From contig CAZANP010000003.1 in assembly GCA_964486555.1 (NCBI GenBank), forward strand, positions 1 through 62,568: DNA of 62,568 nt, given 5' to 3'. The notes beneath the pieces were generated by a model. That model saw only the letters and a program-made list of their open reading frames with translations. It did no database searches and was not told the DNA's origin. Below are positions 37,224 through 47,274 of the stretch, piece by piece. The position numbers were made by a program, and so were the translations under genes. The first letter of the stretch is position 1. Every line of letters starts with the position of its first letter. The stretch is from an uncultured Thermotoga sp. Lineage in GTDB: Bacteria > Thermotogota > Thermotogae > Thermotogales > Thermotogaceae.

Positions 37224-38336
37224 TCACACGACACTCCTTTTCTCCAAAACAAGGATCTCCTTTTCCCCTATGACTTCTCTTCCCTCCCTGACCACTACCT
37301 CTTTATCCAAGATAGCGTTTTTGACGACCGCTCCTTCTTCTATAACCGATCCTTGCATTATAACAGAGTTTTCAACGATCGCTCCGGCTTTTATCCTGAC
37401 ATTCCTGAAGATGACAGAATTCCTCACGCTTCCCGCTATTATACATCCATCAGAAATCAAGGAGTTGGACACCGTAGCGGTCCCTGTCAGTTTAGGAGGA
37501 GAGAGATCCTTTAATTTGGTGAAAACCTTACCTCTTTCATAAAAAAGTTCTCTTCTGACTTCTTGCTTCAATATGTCCATGTTTATCCTGTAATACTCAT
37601 CTATACCCTTCTTCACATTTCTCCAATAACCATCGAATACGTATGCATAGACTTTCAATCTATCCAAATTGGGAAGGATTACATCTAACAGTAAATCATA
37701 CCCTTTTTGAGGAACACTGGCGTAAAGAAGATCCATGAGGAGGTATTTGTTGATGAAATAGATACCCAGAAAAGCAAGATCTCCTTTTGGTTTTTCGGGT
37801 TTTTCCTCTATTTCCAGAATCCTCATATTTCCATTCACAGTCACTATACCGTACTTCGTCAAATCGTATGACTCATCCAACTTTTTCACGATGAGGGTGA
37901 TGTCCGCACCTTTTTTGAAGTGATACTGGTATAGATCAGTGAAATCTATCTTGTATATGTGATCACCAGATCCTATGAGGACGAAATCTTCCTCTCCCCT
38001 TCTGAGAAGCGTCATGTTCTGATATATAGCGTCTGCGGTACCTCTATACCAAAATTCCCCTTGAGAGCTAACATATGGCTGGAGTATGAACAACCCTCCA
38101 TGTTTCCTATCAAGGTCCCATTCCTTACCGGATCCCAGGTGGTCCATAAGACTCCTTGGGTTGTACTGTGTTAGAACTCCCACTTTGTATATTCCGGAAT
38201 TCACCATGTTACTCAAGGTGAAATCTATCGCTCTATACTTCCCGAAAATGGGAATCGCTGCACTGGCTCGTACCTTGGTTAATGGCCAAAGGGCTTCCCC
38301 TCTTCCACCCGCTAGGATCAGCCCCAGAACTTTCAC
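37224..38336 (-). CDS. glgD: glucose-1-phosphate adenylyltransferase subunit GlgD-like
   Basis: 370 aa. Paralog of GlgC with a degenerate N-terminal motif (ILAGGRGEALWPLTKVRASAAIPIFGKYRAIDF), the GlgC/GlgD pairing seen in Firmicutes-type operons. Confidence 0.8.
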   Translation of the reverse strand: MKVLGLILAGGRGEALWPLTKVRASAAIPIFGKYRAIDFTLSNMVNSGIYKVGVLTQYNPRSLMDHLGSGKEWDLDRKHGGLFILQPYVSSQGEFWYRGTADAIYQNMTLLRRGEEDFVLIGSGDHIYKIDFTDLYQYHFKKGADITLIVKKLDESYDLTKYGIVTVNGNMRILEIEEKPEKPKGDLAFLGIYFINKYLLMDLLYASVPQKGYDLLLDVILPNLDRLKVYAYVFDGYWRNVKKGIDEYYRINMDILKQEVRRELFYERGKVFTKLKDLSPPKLTGTATVSNSLISDGCIIAGSVRNSVIFRNVRIKAGAIVENSVIMQGSVIEEGAVVKNAILDKEVVVREGREVIGEKEILVLEKRSVV

Positions 38337-38341
38337 TCACA

Positions 38342-39487
38342 TCACCACCTTTCATATCTTGCCCACACACACTTAAGGTACAGGGACTCTGGTATCTGAG
38401 CTATCCAGGGATGATCCACATCTTGAAAAGTGATTTTCTCTACCCTCCAGATCCTTCCCTTGCCTTCCACTCCTTTCCTAATAGATTCTATCATCAAGTT
38501 GATATCCATTTGGTAAGCGCACGAGCAAAGTACCATCATCCCACCTTCCTCTAGATGCTCGGATATGGCGCTTACCAGTTTTTTAAAATAATCAATCCCC
38601 CTTTTCCTCTCTTCCTTTCTTTTTATGAAAGACGGAGGATCTGCAACTACGACATCGAAACGATCGTTGCAATTTTCTAAAAACTCGAAGACATCTGCTT
38701 TCTCGAAAGAAACTTCCAAGGAATTTCTTCTGGCATTTTCTCTTGCTGTATCTACCGCGTCTTGAGATACATCCACTCCTATAACTTCAAAACCTGACTT
38801 CGCTAAATTCAAAGAAAAGCCCCCCGTGTAGCAGAAGAGGTCAAGAGCTTTCTTACCATCAGTATTCCTCACTAGAAATCTGTTCATCCTTTGATCCAGG
38901 AAAAAACCTGTCTTTTGACCTCTTTTAACGTCGACAACGTACTCTATATTGTGCTCTGTCAGGATCAATCGCTCAGGAGTCCTTCCATAAAGAGGACCAT
39001 TTTTCCTTTCAAGATCTTCATCAGATCTTGTTTCAAAATCACTTCTCTCATATATGAATGACGGTGAGAAATTCTCAACGAGTACCTTTTTGATCAAATC
39101 CTTCATTAATTCCATTCCCTTGCATCTCACCTGGATTACGAACCCATCACCGTATCTATCGATTATCAATCCTGGAAGACCATCCGCTTCACCGTGTACA
39201 ACGCGATAGAAAGGCGCGGAAAATTTCCTTTTTTCAAAAGCTCGTAATATCCTTTGATTGAATACATGTTCTATATGCTCATCATTTCTTGTGATCATCC
39301 TAACAGCTATACGAGCATTCGGATTGAAAAAACCTTTCCCAAGGAACTCTTTATCATGAGAAAATACACTGGCTATATCTCCCGATTTCCCATCCCCCAC
39401 GAAACCTTCCAATTCGTCTTTGAAGATCCATGGATAATTGTTCTTCACCTTTCTCTCCTTTCCTTTTTTCAAAAAAACGACCCACAT
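38342..39487 (-). CDS. class I SAM-dependent rRNA (cytosine-C5) methyltransferase, RlmI-like (PUA plus MTase)
   Basis: 381 aa. N-terminal PUA-like segment (KKGKERKVKNNYPWIF), SAM motif ALDLFCYTGGFS and catalytic-type DPPSF. Confidence 0.8.
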   Translation of the reverse strand: MWVVFLKKGKERKVKNNYPWIFKDELEGFVGDGKSGDIASVFSHDKEFLGKGFFNPNARIAVRMITRNDEHIEHVFNQRILRAFEKRKFSAPFYRVVHGEADGLPGLIIDRYGDGFVIQVRCKGMELMKDLIKKVLVENFSPSFIYERSDFETRSDEDLERKNGPLYGRTPERLILTEHNIEYVVDVKRGQKTGFFLDQRMNRFLVRNTDGKKALDLFCYTGGFSLNLAKSGFEVIGVDVSQDAVDTARENARRNSLEVSFEKADVFEFLENCNDRFDVVVADPPSFIKRKEERKRGIDYFKKLVSAISEHLEEGGMMVLCSCAYQMDINLMIESIRKGVEGKGRIWRVEKITFQDVDHPWIAQIPESLYLKCVWARYERW

Positions 39488-39491
39488 GCTC

Positions 39492-40103
39492 TCACCAGCT
39501 CAGGACTACGTACTTTTTGAACAATCCTTTCAAAACCTCCATCACCTCTTTCATTTCATCTCCAGGGTAATTTCTGAAAACTCCTAGAATATCTAAACCC
39601 AGATCTGTGAGTGATCTCAAAATATGATATCCTCTGAAGGGATTACCGATGTATTCCAATTGCACAGCGATTTTATCATACAATGAGAGACACTTCATAT
39701 CCTCCAGAAGTGGATACCTTTCACCATTGCAAATAACAGCCCCTTCATCCACGATTCCTCCATCGATCTCTTCGGGAGTAAAAATCTTTGGAAAGAGCTT
39801 TTCAATTGGAAAATCGTTCATCTTAGAGAAGAGCTCCACCATCGCTATCGTTATGGCAAAGATAACTTTGGGGTGATTTGGAAAAGACATTTCCAGTTTT
39901 TCTGGAAGGACGTATATATCCTGAATTGAAGCCTTTTCCACTTCTTTTCTGTATTCCTCAATAACTCCCATTATGACCTTGTAATTTTCGCCTCTTCTTC
40001 TCTCAGGTACAACACATCCCTTTCCTTCCAAACCATTCTCGATCACTTTCAACACAACGTACTCCACACCTTCTCTTTCCTCTATGTTGTACAGAAACCT
40101 CAT
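39492..40103 (-). CDS. hypothetical protein; N-terminal half resembles the enolase-superfamily capping domain
   Basis: 203 aa. First gene of the long minus-strand array. Resemblance judged by eye only. Confidence 0.4.
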   Translation of the reverse strand: MRFLYNIEEREGVEYVVLKVIENGLEGKGCVVPERRRGENYKVIMGVIEEYRKEVEKASIQDIYVLPEKLEMSFPNHPKVIFAITIAMVELFSKMNDFPIEKLFPKIFTPEEIDGGIVDEGAVICNGERYPLLEDMKCLSLYDKIAVQLEYIGNPFRGYHILRSLTDLGLDILGVFRNYPGDEMKEVMEVLKGLFKKYVVLSW

Positions 40104-40140
40104 TTCGACACCTCCAAACTTTTAATATACTACCGCCATC

Positions 40141-40169
40141 TGGAAAAAAGGAAAAACGGGTGCTAAAAT
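40141..40169 (+). promoter_or_regulatory. candidate promoter of the mur operon (TGGAAA, 17 nt, extended -10 TGcTAAAAT)
   Basis: Motifs read from the sequence 11-39 nt upstream of the murE start. Not validated. Confidence 0.3.
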
Positions 40170-40179
40170 TTTTCCAGGG

Positions 40180-41658
40180 GTGATCGAAGTGAAAATATCC
40201 GAAATACTGAAAGCGCTAGGAGACATAGTTCTGGATGCCCGGATGAATGGGGAAATGGATATAACGGATATAGAGACTCACTCCTCAAACATACGAGAAG
40301 GTTGTGTGTTCATCTGTAGAAAAGGTTACAGGTTCGACTCGCATGATATCGCAGAAGAGATCGTAGACCTGGGAGCCAAGCTCTTGATCGTCGAGAGAGA
40401 CTTGAAGGATATAGGTGTCCCTGTGATAAAAGTTGTTGATTCTAGGCTCGCTGAAGCTATTCTTGCTTCCGAATTCTATGGTCACCCCTACAGGTATCTC
40501 CTCACCTTTGCCATAACGGGAACGAATGGAAAGACAACGGCTGTTCACATGATACACCACATCCTGAAGAGCATGGGAAAGAAGGGAAGCTTGATAGGTA
40601 CTGTCATGAACGATGTTCTAGGGGAGATATCGTATCATGAAAATACAACGCCCAGTGCTTTGGAAATAGTCAGAGCTATGAAAAAAACCAAAGATGGGGA
40701 AGGGGAGTACTTCGTTCTGGAGGTTTCTTCCCATGCCATAAGTTTAAAGAGGGTCGAAGGATTGAGATTCGATTCTGTTGGCCTCACGAACATAACACGA
40801 GATCACCTTGATTTTCACAGGGACTTCAACGATTACATGAAGACGAAACTCAGGATATTTGAGTTTCTCAAGGAAACGGGAGTCGGTGTCATAAACGAAG
40901 AATACGCCGATATGGTTAAAAAAAGGATAAGAAAGGTGACGTATGGATTCAAGAAGAATTCCACATATTCTTTAGAAGATGTGAACACAACGAGGGAAGG
41001 AACGAGCTTCAAAGTTCAAACTCCCGAGGGTTTAAAAGAAGTAAGATTAAAGGTTTTGGGAGAATACAACGCATTGAACGCGGTCATGGTCCTGGCGATC
41101 CTTCATCAAACCGGTTTCGATATAGACGAAATAATATACCATATGGAAACTTTTCCTGGTGTCGATGGGAGATTTGAATTCATTGAGGAAGCTTCTAAAC
41201 TCGGTATCGATATCGTCGTCGATTTTGCCCACACTCCAGATGCCCTTGAGAAAGTCCTTAAGACCGCTAGAAGACTGGCGAAAGGAAGAATAATAATAGT
41301 GTTTGGAGCTGGAGGAAACAGTGACAGAGGAAAAAGGCCTATGATGGCAAAGATAGCATCAGAGCTTTCAGATGTCATGATAGTAACCACCGATGATCCA
41401 AGGGGGGAAGATCCCAAAGAGATATTCGATGATCTCGTCAAGGGTATCACTCCCGGCACCCCTTACCTGGTCCTTCCCGACAGAAGAGAAGCAATAGAAA
41501 CGGCCATAACTTTAGCCAATAGAGGTGACATGGTTATAGTGGCTGGTAGAGGTCACGAGCATTTCCAAGTTTTCAGCGATGATAAAAAGATACCTTTCAA
41601 GGATAAGGACGTGATACTCGAGATCATACGGGAGAAACTCAGGAGGAAGGGAAAATGA
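40180..41658 (+). CDS. murE: UDP-N-acetylmuramoyl-L-alanyl-D-glutamate--(L-lysine or meso-DAP) ligase
   Basis: About 490 aa. Contains GTNGKTT, DHLDFH and GNSDRGKRPMM motifs. GTG at 40189 (GGGGTGAT SD) is an equally good start. Confidence 0.93.
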   Translation: MIEVKISEILKALGDIVLDARMNGEMDITDIETHSSNIREGCVFICRKGYRFDSHDIAEEIVDLGAKLLIVERDLKDIGVPVIKVVDSRLAEAILASEFYGHPYRYLLTFAITGTNGKTTAVHMIHHILKSMGKKGSLIGTVMNDVLGEISYHENTTPSALEIVRAMKKTKDGEGEYFVLEVSSHAISLKRVEGLRFDSVGLTNITRDHLDFHRDFNDYMKTKLRIFEFLKETGVGVINEEYADMVKKRIRKVTYGFKKNSTYSLEDVNTTREGTSFKVQTPEGLKEVRLKVLGEYNALNAVMVLAILHQTGFDIDEIIYHMETFPGVDGRFEFIEEASKLGIDIVVDFAHTPDALEKVLKTARRLAKGRIIIVFGAGGNSDRGKRPMMAKIASELSDVMIVTTDDPRGEDPKEIFDDLVKGITPGTPYLVLPDRREAIETAITLANRGDMVIVAGRGHEHFQVFSDDKKIPFKDKDVILEIIREKLRRKGK

Positions 41659-42941
41659 AGGAACTCCTCTTGAGGAGATTCGTCCTGGATTCCAGAGGCA
41701 TCAGACCAGGTGATGTTTTCGTGGCTGTAAAAGGGAAGAGGGTAGATGGTCATGAGTTCGTTCGAGAGGCTTTTGAAAGGGGAGCCTACGCCGCTGTGGT
41801 CGAGAAACCTGTTGAATACAATGGGAACATCTATTTGGTGAAGAGTGTGGTGGATTTTCTTGCAGATCTTGCGAGAGAGAAGCTGGGATCACTTGAGGGG
41901 AAGAGGATCATAGGTATAACCGGTTCAAATGGCAAAACAACCACGAAAGAGATATTGTATCAGTTGCTTTCCTTCACAGAGAGTGTTTTCAAAACACCTG
42001 GAAATATGAACACAGAATACGGCCTGCCTCTGTCCTTGATCAATGAATATAGGAATGAGAGCATTTTGGTACTGGAGATGGCTATGAACAAGAGAGAAGA
42101 TATAAAGCATCTGTGCAGTATAGCATCTCCTGACATCGCGGTTATCCTGAATGTGGGTACGTCTCACATAGGATTACTGGGAAGCAAGAGAGATATCATG
42201 GAAGCTAAATTGGAGATAATCTCGTACAGTAAAGAAAATTCAACTGTCGTCTGTTTCCACGACGATGACGAGTTGCGAGAGCGAGTTAAAGAATTCAACA
42301 AGAGGACACTCTTCTTTGGTAGAGAAGGAGGAGACGTGGTTTTAGAAGATTGGTGGTATGTAAACGGTGATACAGTTTGTATAATAAGGTACTTCGGAGA
42401 AAAAATCGCCTTCAAACTGAGTGGTATATGGAACGAAGGTCAGCTCCTCTCTCTTCTGGCTTCAATAAGTGTTTTGAAAGCTTTAGATAAAGAACTGCCT
42501 GTGAGAATTCTACCCGAATTAAAACTTCCTGAAAATAGATTTCACGTTATGAGATCGAATGGATTGTACATCATAAACGACACTTACAACGCTAGTTTGG
42601 AATCATTCGATGTGGCTGTGAAAACGATGTTGAGAATAGGGGAAGGCAGAAAATACGCTGTCGTTGGATCTATAAAAGAGCAGGGAATGTTTTCTAAAGA
42701 GACTCATGAGCGTCTTGGAAAGAAGCTGGAAGCGTTGGATGGAGTATACCTTTACACGGCAGATGATGAGATAAATCAGATGAAATGTTCGAAGATATTG
42801 ATGAGGTCAGATAACCCTAAAGTTATAGCCGAAGATCTCTTCAACAGAGTTGTGGAAGATGATGTGATTCTTTTTAAAGCCTCACGAGCTGTGGGAATAG
42901 AAAAGGTGTTGGAAGAATTCATGGAGTTGTTGAGGAGATGA
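41655..42941 (+). CDS. murF: UDP-N-acetylmuramoyl-tripeptide--D-alanyl-D-alanine ligase
   Basis: 428 aa. Contains DSRGIRPGDVFVAVKG, GITGSNGKTTTKE and NDTYNAS. Confidence 0.93.
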   Translation: MKELLLRRFVLDSRGIRPGDVFVAVKGKRVDGHEFVREAFERGAYAAVVEKPVEYNGNIYLVKSVVDFLADLAREKLGSLEGKRIIGITGSNGKTTTKEILYQLLSFTESVFKTPGNMNTEYGLPLSLINEYRNESILVLEMAMNKREDIKHLCSIASPDIAVILNVGTSHIGLLGSKRDIMEAKLEIISYSKENSTVVCFHDDDELRERVKEFNKRTLFFGREGGDVVLEDWWYVNGDTVCIIRYFGEKIAFKLSGIWNEGQLLSLLASISVLKALDKELPVRILPELKLPENRFHVMRSNGLYIINDTYNASLESFDVAVKTMLRIGEGRKYAVVGSIKEQGMFSKETHERLGKKLEALDGVYLYTADDEINQMKCSKILMRSDNPKVIAEDLFNRVVEDDVILFKASRAVGIEKVLEEFMELLRR

Positions 42942-43864
42942 AGGCTGCTCTGGCTTTTTTCGTTCCCTTAATTTCGTATCCTATTCTCATAAGATTCTTC
43001 AGAAGAATAGGAGTGGGACAATTCATCAGAGAAGAGGGACCAGATCTCCATGGTTACAAACAGGGCACTCCAACTATGGGAGGACTTTTATTTCTCCCAA
43101 TGGTTCTATTGCTTACAGAAGATTTCATGCCCACCTTAGGTTTACTTTTTTTTGCAATGATAGGTTTTCTCGATGACATATTGAGCATCGTGAGGAAAAA
43201 CGCTTTGGGATTGACCATTCGTCAAAAATTACTACTTCAGGTACTCGCCTCTTCGATATTGACGTTCGTGGCTCTCAAAAATGGAAGAGGGACTTCCGTA
43301 AACGTTTTTGGAAATGTGCTAGATCTGGGATATTTATACCCCATCTTTGCTATCTTCGTGATCACGGGAGCCTCCAATTCGGTGAATCTCACGGATGGCT
43401 TAGATGGTCTGGCAGGATGGATCTTCGTTTCAGGTAGTTTACCTTACATGATGTTTCTATTAAGTAAAGGGGCATTTCATGAATCCATTCTGTTACTTCT
43501 GTTATCTGTTCTGGCTTTTCTTGTTTACAACTCAAAGCCTGCTTCCATATTCATGGGAGATACGGGTTCCCTGGCCCTAGGAGGATACCTTGGTATGCTC
43601 TCCGTTGTGACTGGAACGGAAGTCTTCCTCCTCACGTTCTTTCCGATATACGTCATAGAAGTTTTGAGCGTAATGATACAGGTATCATGCTTTAAACTCA
43701 CAAAGAAAAGAGTTTTCAGGATGTCCCCTATTCATCATCATTTTGAACTCTTAGGTTGGAAAGAGGAAAAGATAGTTTTCATCTTTTCCATCTTGAATCT
43801 ATCAATGTCGCTGATTTTTCTGAGTCTTTTCGGAGGTGTCAAAAATTGGTTTATTCCCTCTTAG
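42938..43864 (+). CDS. mraY: phospho-N-acetylmuramoyl-pentapeptide transferase
   Basis: 308-aa polytopic protein. Contains NLTDGLDGLA, MGDTGSLALGG and PIHHHFE motifs. Confidence 0.95.
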   Translation: MKAALAFFVPLISYPILIRFFRRIGVGQFIREEGPDLHGYKQGTPTMGGLLFLPMVLLLTEDFMPTLGLLFFAMIGFLDDILSIVRKNALGLTIRQKLLLQVLASSILTFVALKNGRGTSVNVFGNVLDLGYLYPIFAIFVITGASNSVNLTDGLDGLAGWIFVSGSLPYMMFLLSKGAFHESILLLLLSVLAFLVYNSKPASIFMGDTGSLALGGYLGMLSVVTGTEVFLLTFFPIYVIEVLSVMIQVSCFKLTKKRVFRMSPIHHHFELLGWKEEKIVFIFSILNLSMSLIFLSLFGGVKNWFIPS

Positions 43865-45156
43865 GATACGGTGTGAGTAACAAAGCTCTGCTCGAATTCC
43901 TTGTAAAAAGAGGAGAAGAAGTGTTTGTCAGTGAAAAGAGAATGTTATCGGATGAGGAGAAAAAGTCTCTGGAAGAGTGTAATGTATCTTATGAGGAAGG
44001 GGAGCACACGGAAAAAGTTTTGGATTGCGATGTGATGGTAGTGAGTCCCGGCATCAACCCTGAAATGGATATAATCAGAAAAGCAAGAAAAAAGGGAATC
44101 TCCATAACAACGGAATTACAGATATTTCTTGAGAATTTTCCCGATATAGGAAAGATAGTAGGTGTAACGGGAACCAATGGAAAGAGTACGACCGTTAGCA
44201 TGCTGGGATATCTATTTGAACGATTCGGGAAGAAGGTGTTCGTAGGAGGGAATTTGGGGACCCCTTCCATAAAAGCTTTGGATGGAGAATATGATTATGT
44301 CGTACTTGAATTGAGCAGTTTCCAGCTTTTCTGGTCCAAACATCCAAAATTGAAACTGTTCACCGTTCTCAACATAAGACCAGATCATCTGGATTGGCAT
44401 AGATCTTTCGAAGAGTACATCTTTTCCAAGATGAAACCAGCCCTTTTGATGGAAGATCGTGACATGTTTTTTTTCAATGGACAGGATCCCTTCATAAAGC
44501 CTTACTTGAACGATATCAAAGCCATCAAAATCTCTTTCTGGAGCGATATGTACACATGGGAAAATGAGAGTATAAAATTGAAAGGGAAAAGGTTTACCGT
44601 TATGAACGAGATTTTGAAAACAGAACAGAACAAAGAAAACGTTCTGGCAGTTCTATCGATAATGGATAACCTGGGATTCGATCTTTCAGCATCGCTGGAA
44701 CACCTCGAAAAATTCACTTTTCTGAATCACAGAATGGAATTTGTGGATGAATGGAATGGTATCATGTTTTTCAACGATTCGAAAGCTACGAATTTTTCGG
44801 CGGTCGAAGCTGCTCTCAAAAATTTCGAAGATGGGAAAGTTATTCTTATAATGTGCGGCATTGGAAAGAAAGAACCCTATGGTAGCCTGATCGATACTAT
44901 TAAGAAGAAAGCAAAGAAAGTCATAATCTTCGGTGATATGAAAAAATCAGTTTCTTCCGCTCTGAAAAGATCTGGAGTTAGTGTAGTAGAGGTTCAAAAC
45001 ATGGAAGAAAGTGTTGAGGAAGCTCTGAAGGAGGCTAAAATGGGTGATGTCGTTCTTCTAAGTCCTGGAGGATCAAGTTTTGATATGTACGAGAATTATA
45101 AAGAGCGGGGGAGACATTTTAAAGAGGTTGTCAGAAGATGTTTAAAAGGGGGATAG
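43846..45156 (+). CDS. murD: UDP-N-acetylmuramoylalanine--D-glutamate ligase
   Basis: Contains GVTGTNGKSTT and a Mur ligase C-terminal domain. The track start at 43756 lies inside mraY. TTG at 43846, preceded by GGAGGTG at 7 nt, is preferred; the start is uncertain. Confidence 0.88.
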   Translation: MVYSLLGYGVSNKALLEFLVKRGEEVFVSEKRMLSDEEKKSLEECNVSYEEGEHTEKVLDCDVMVVSPGINPEMDIIRKARKKGISITTELQIFLENFPDIGKIVGVTGTNGKSTTVSMLGYLFERFGKKVFVGGNLGTPSIKALDGEYDYVVLELSSFQLFWSKHPKLKLFTVLNIRPDHLDWHRSFEEYIFSKMKPALLMEDRDMFFFNGQDPFIKPYLNDIKAIKISFWSDMYTWENESIKLKGKRFTVMNEILKTEQNKENVLAVLSIMDNLGFDLSASLEHLEKFTFLNHRMEFVDEWNGIMFFNDSKATNFSAVEAALKNFEDGKVILIMCGIGKKEPYGSLIDTIKKKAKKVIIFGDMKKSVSSALKRSGVSVVEVQNMEESVEEALKEAKMGDVVLLSPGGSSFDMYENYKERGRHFKEVVRRCLKGG

Positions 45157-45160
45157 AAAG

Positions 45161-46240
45161 TTGGATTACAGGTCTATAGCATTTTTTGTGATAATTCTTC
45201 TTGTTCTGGGAACTCTCGCCGTTGTTAGTGTCGAATTTCTGAGCGATTACAAGACCATTGGCGCGGAGAAGGGAAACTTGTTTTTGAATCACATTGTTAA
45301 ATTAGTCGTAGGAATGCTTGTCCTCGCTTTTTTCTCTTCACTGGATTATAAAATACACTTTTCCAGAAATGTGATCTCCGCTTACTATTTCCTATCCATC
45401 CTCGGACTGATTCTGGCGTTGACAACGGGTTCACCGGTTGGCGCTCGAAGATGGATAAAGATAGGTGGGATAACCGTTCAACCTTCTGAGTTCGTTAAAG
45501 TGATTATGGTCATACTCTTATCTTATTACGTTTCAAAGTATTCGGATAAGATGAAAAACATCCTGTATGGCCTCATCCTTCCAATAGTTTATCTGATGCC
45601 TTTCTATTTTTTAGTCGCTCTTGAACCGGATATGAGCACATTCTTGATAATGTTCTTTGTAACGTTACTGATATTGTACACGAGCGGTACCAGAGGTATA
45701 TACGTTTTCTCGTTCATAGTTCTGTCGATTCTGACTTTGTTCCTTCTTTACAATTATGGGTTTCTAAGGAGTTATCAAATCCAAAGGATCGAAGGTTTTT
45801 TGAAAGGTGAGGTATCTGAGCAAGTTCTGATGGCGATAGAAACCGCAAAATCCGGCGGTATTTTTGGAAAGGGGTTGAATCTCGGGGAATTGAAGATATT
45901 AGTTCCTGTCAGCACCAGTGACTTTGTAATCGCTGTTATAGGAGAGGAACTGGGATACTTCGGTATAGCGGCTATTTTCTTCTCTTATTATGGATTGGTT
46001 TCAGCTTTGATAAAATCTGCTCAGAAATTTACTTCGGATATTATCATCAGAACCTTCATAACAGGCTATGGGATATTGATAATGGTTCAAGCGATGGTGA
46101 ACCTTGGCGTCACAGCGGGTCTTCTTCCCGTAACAGGAGTTACCTTACCTTTTGTAAGCCATGGGGGTAGCTCTCTAACAGCTTTCATGATCGGCCTTGG
46201 AATCGTAATGAGTATGATCCTCAGATCCGAGGAGAGGTGA
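45161..46240 (+). CDS. ftsW: SEDS-family peptidoglycan glycosyltransferase FtsW
   Basis: 359-aa polytopic protein. Contains PSEFVK, DFVIAVIGEELG and TGVTLPFVSHGGSS motifs. Located within the dcw cluster. Confidence 0.9.
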   Translation: MDYRSIAFFVIILLVLGTLAVVSVEFLSDYKTIGAEKGNLFLNHIVKLVVGMLVLAFFSSLDYKIHFSRNVISAYYFLSILGLILALTTGSPVGARRWIKIGGITVQPSEFVKVIMVILLSYYVSKYSDKMKNILYGLILPIVYLMPFYFLVALEPDMSTFLIMFFVTLLILYTSGTRGIYVFSFIVLSILTLFLLYNYGFLRSYQIQRIEGFLKGEVSEQVLMAIETAKSGGIFGKGLNLGELKILVPVSTSDFVIAVIGEELGYFGIAAIFFSYYGLVSALIKSAQKFTSDIIIRTFITGYGILIMVQAMVNLGVTAGLLPVTGVTLPFVSHGGSSLTAFMIGLGIVMSMILRSEER

Positions 46241-46242
46241 TC

Positions 46243-47274
46243 ATGAGATTCAGAGTGATCGCAGCTGGAGGAGGAACTGGGGGACATCTCTATCCGAATC
46301 TGGCCATTTTGGAGGAACTGGCGAATCACGTGGAATTAGATGTGCTTTATTTTGTGGTCAAAGGAAAGATCGACGAAAAGGTTATAAGCTCTGAGCACCC
46401 GGAGTATAGAGTCATATCACTGAATTTGAGAGGGTTTTCGAGACCTCTTTGGAATCCACGCAATTTGAGGACGATCTTGAAAGTTTTGATAGAAAAGAGT
46501 AAGATAAAAGAGGCGATAAGGGCTTTCAAACCGGATTTTGCCATATTGAGTGGGGGGTACGTTTGTGGTCCTGTTGCTCTCGCTGCTAGATCTTTGAAAG
46601 TACCTGTGTTTGTTCATGAGCAGAATGTTATACCTGGATTCACAAATTCTTTGATAGCACATTTTGCGAAGAAGATCTTCATATCCTTTGAGAAGAGTTT
46701 GGAACATTTCCCAAAACGTGTCAGGGATAGAATAGTGTACACAGGGTGCCCAGTTAGAGTACATGGTAAGAAGCTGGAAGTACCGTTCGATGATTTCGTT
46801 CTAGTTCTTGGAGGCAGTTTGGGTAGTGACTTCATAAACTCTTTAATGGAAAGAGTTTACAGATTGTACGATGAAGATACCTTCGTTCACGTAACAGGTA
46901 GTGAAGAATGGAGAGAAAGATTTAAAAAATTCAATCATGTGGCACCTTACGTTTACATAAACGGTATACACAACTTCTGGCAAAAAGCGAGAACCGCTGT
47001 TACAAGAGGTGGAGCCAGCACATTGGGAGAAATGATGTATTATGGTGTCAGAGGCCTGGTGATACCTTGGGAAGGATCCACGGGTTCTCATCAGCTCATG
47101 AATGCTCTAGAAGCTGAGAAAAAAGGCGTGGTAAGTATCCTGAGGGAGAAAGAAGCAACACCCGATAAAGTGATCGAGGTGTTGAAAGATCTGAAGAAAA
47201 AAGGTAAACTTATGAGAGCGTCTGAAAATCCTGCTGAGAAAATCGTGAAAGAAATCCTGGGGGAGATACGATGA
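46243..47274 (+). CDS. murG: undecaprenyldiphospho-muramoylpentapeptide beta-N-acetylglucosaminyltransferase
   Basis: Contains AAGGGTGGHLYP and a C-terminal GT28 domain. ATG at 46243 (GGAGAGGTGATC SD) is preferred over GTG at 46237. Confidence 0.92.
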   Translation: MRFRVIAAGGGTGGHLYPNLAILEELANHVELDVLYFVVKGKIDEKVISSEHPEYRVISLNLRGFSRPLWNPRNLRTILKVLIEKSKIKEAIRAFKPDFAILSGGYVCGPVALAARSLKVPVFVHEQNVIPGFTNSLIAHFAKKIFISFEKSLEHFPKRVRDRIVYTGCPVRVHGKKLEVPFDDFVLVLGGSLGSDFINSLMERVYRLYDEDTFVHVTGSEEWRERFKKFNHVAPYVYINGIHNFWQKARTAVTRGGASTLGEMMYYGVRGLVIPWEGSTGSHQLMNALEAEKKGVVSILREKEATPDKVIEVLKDLKKKGKLMRASENPAEKIVKEILGEIR

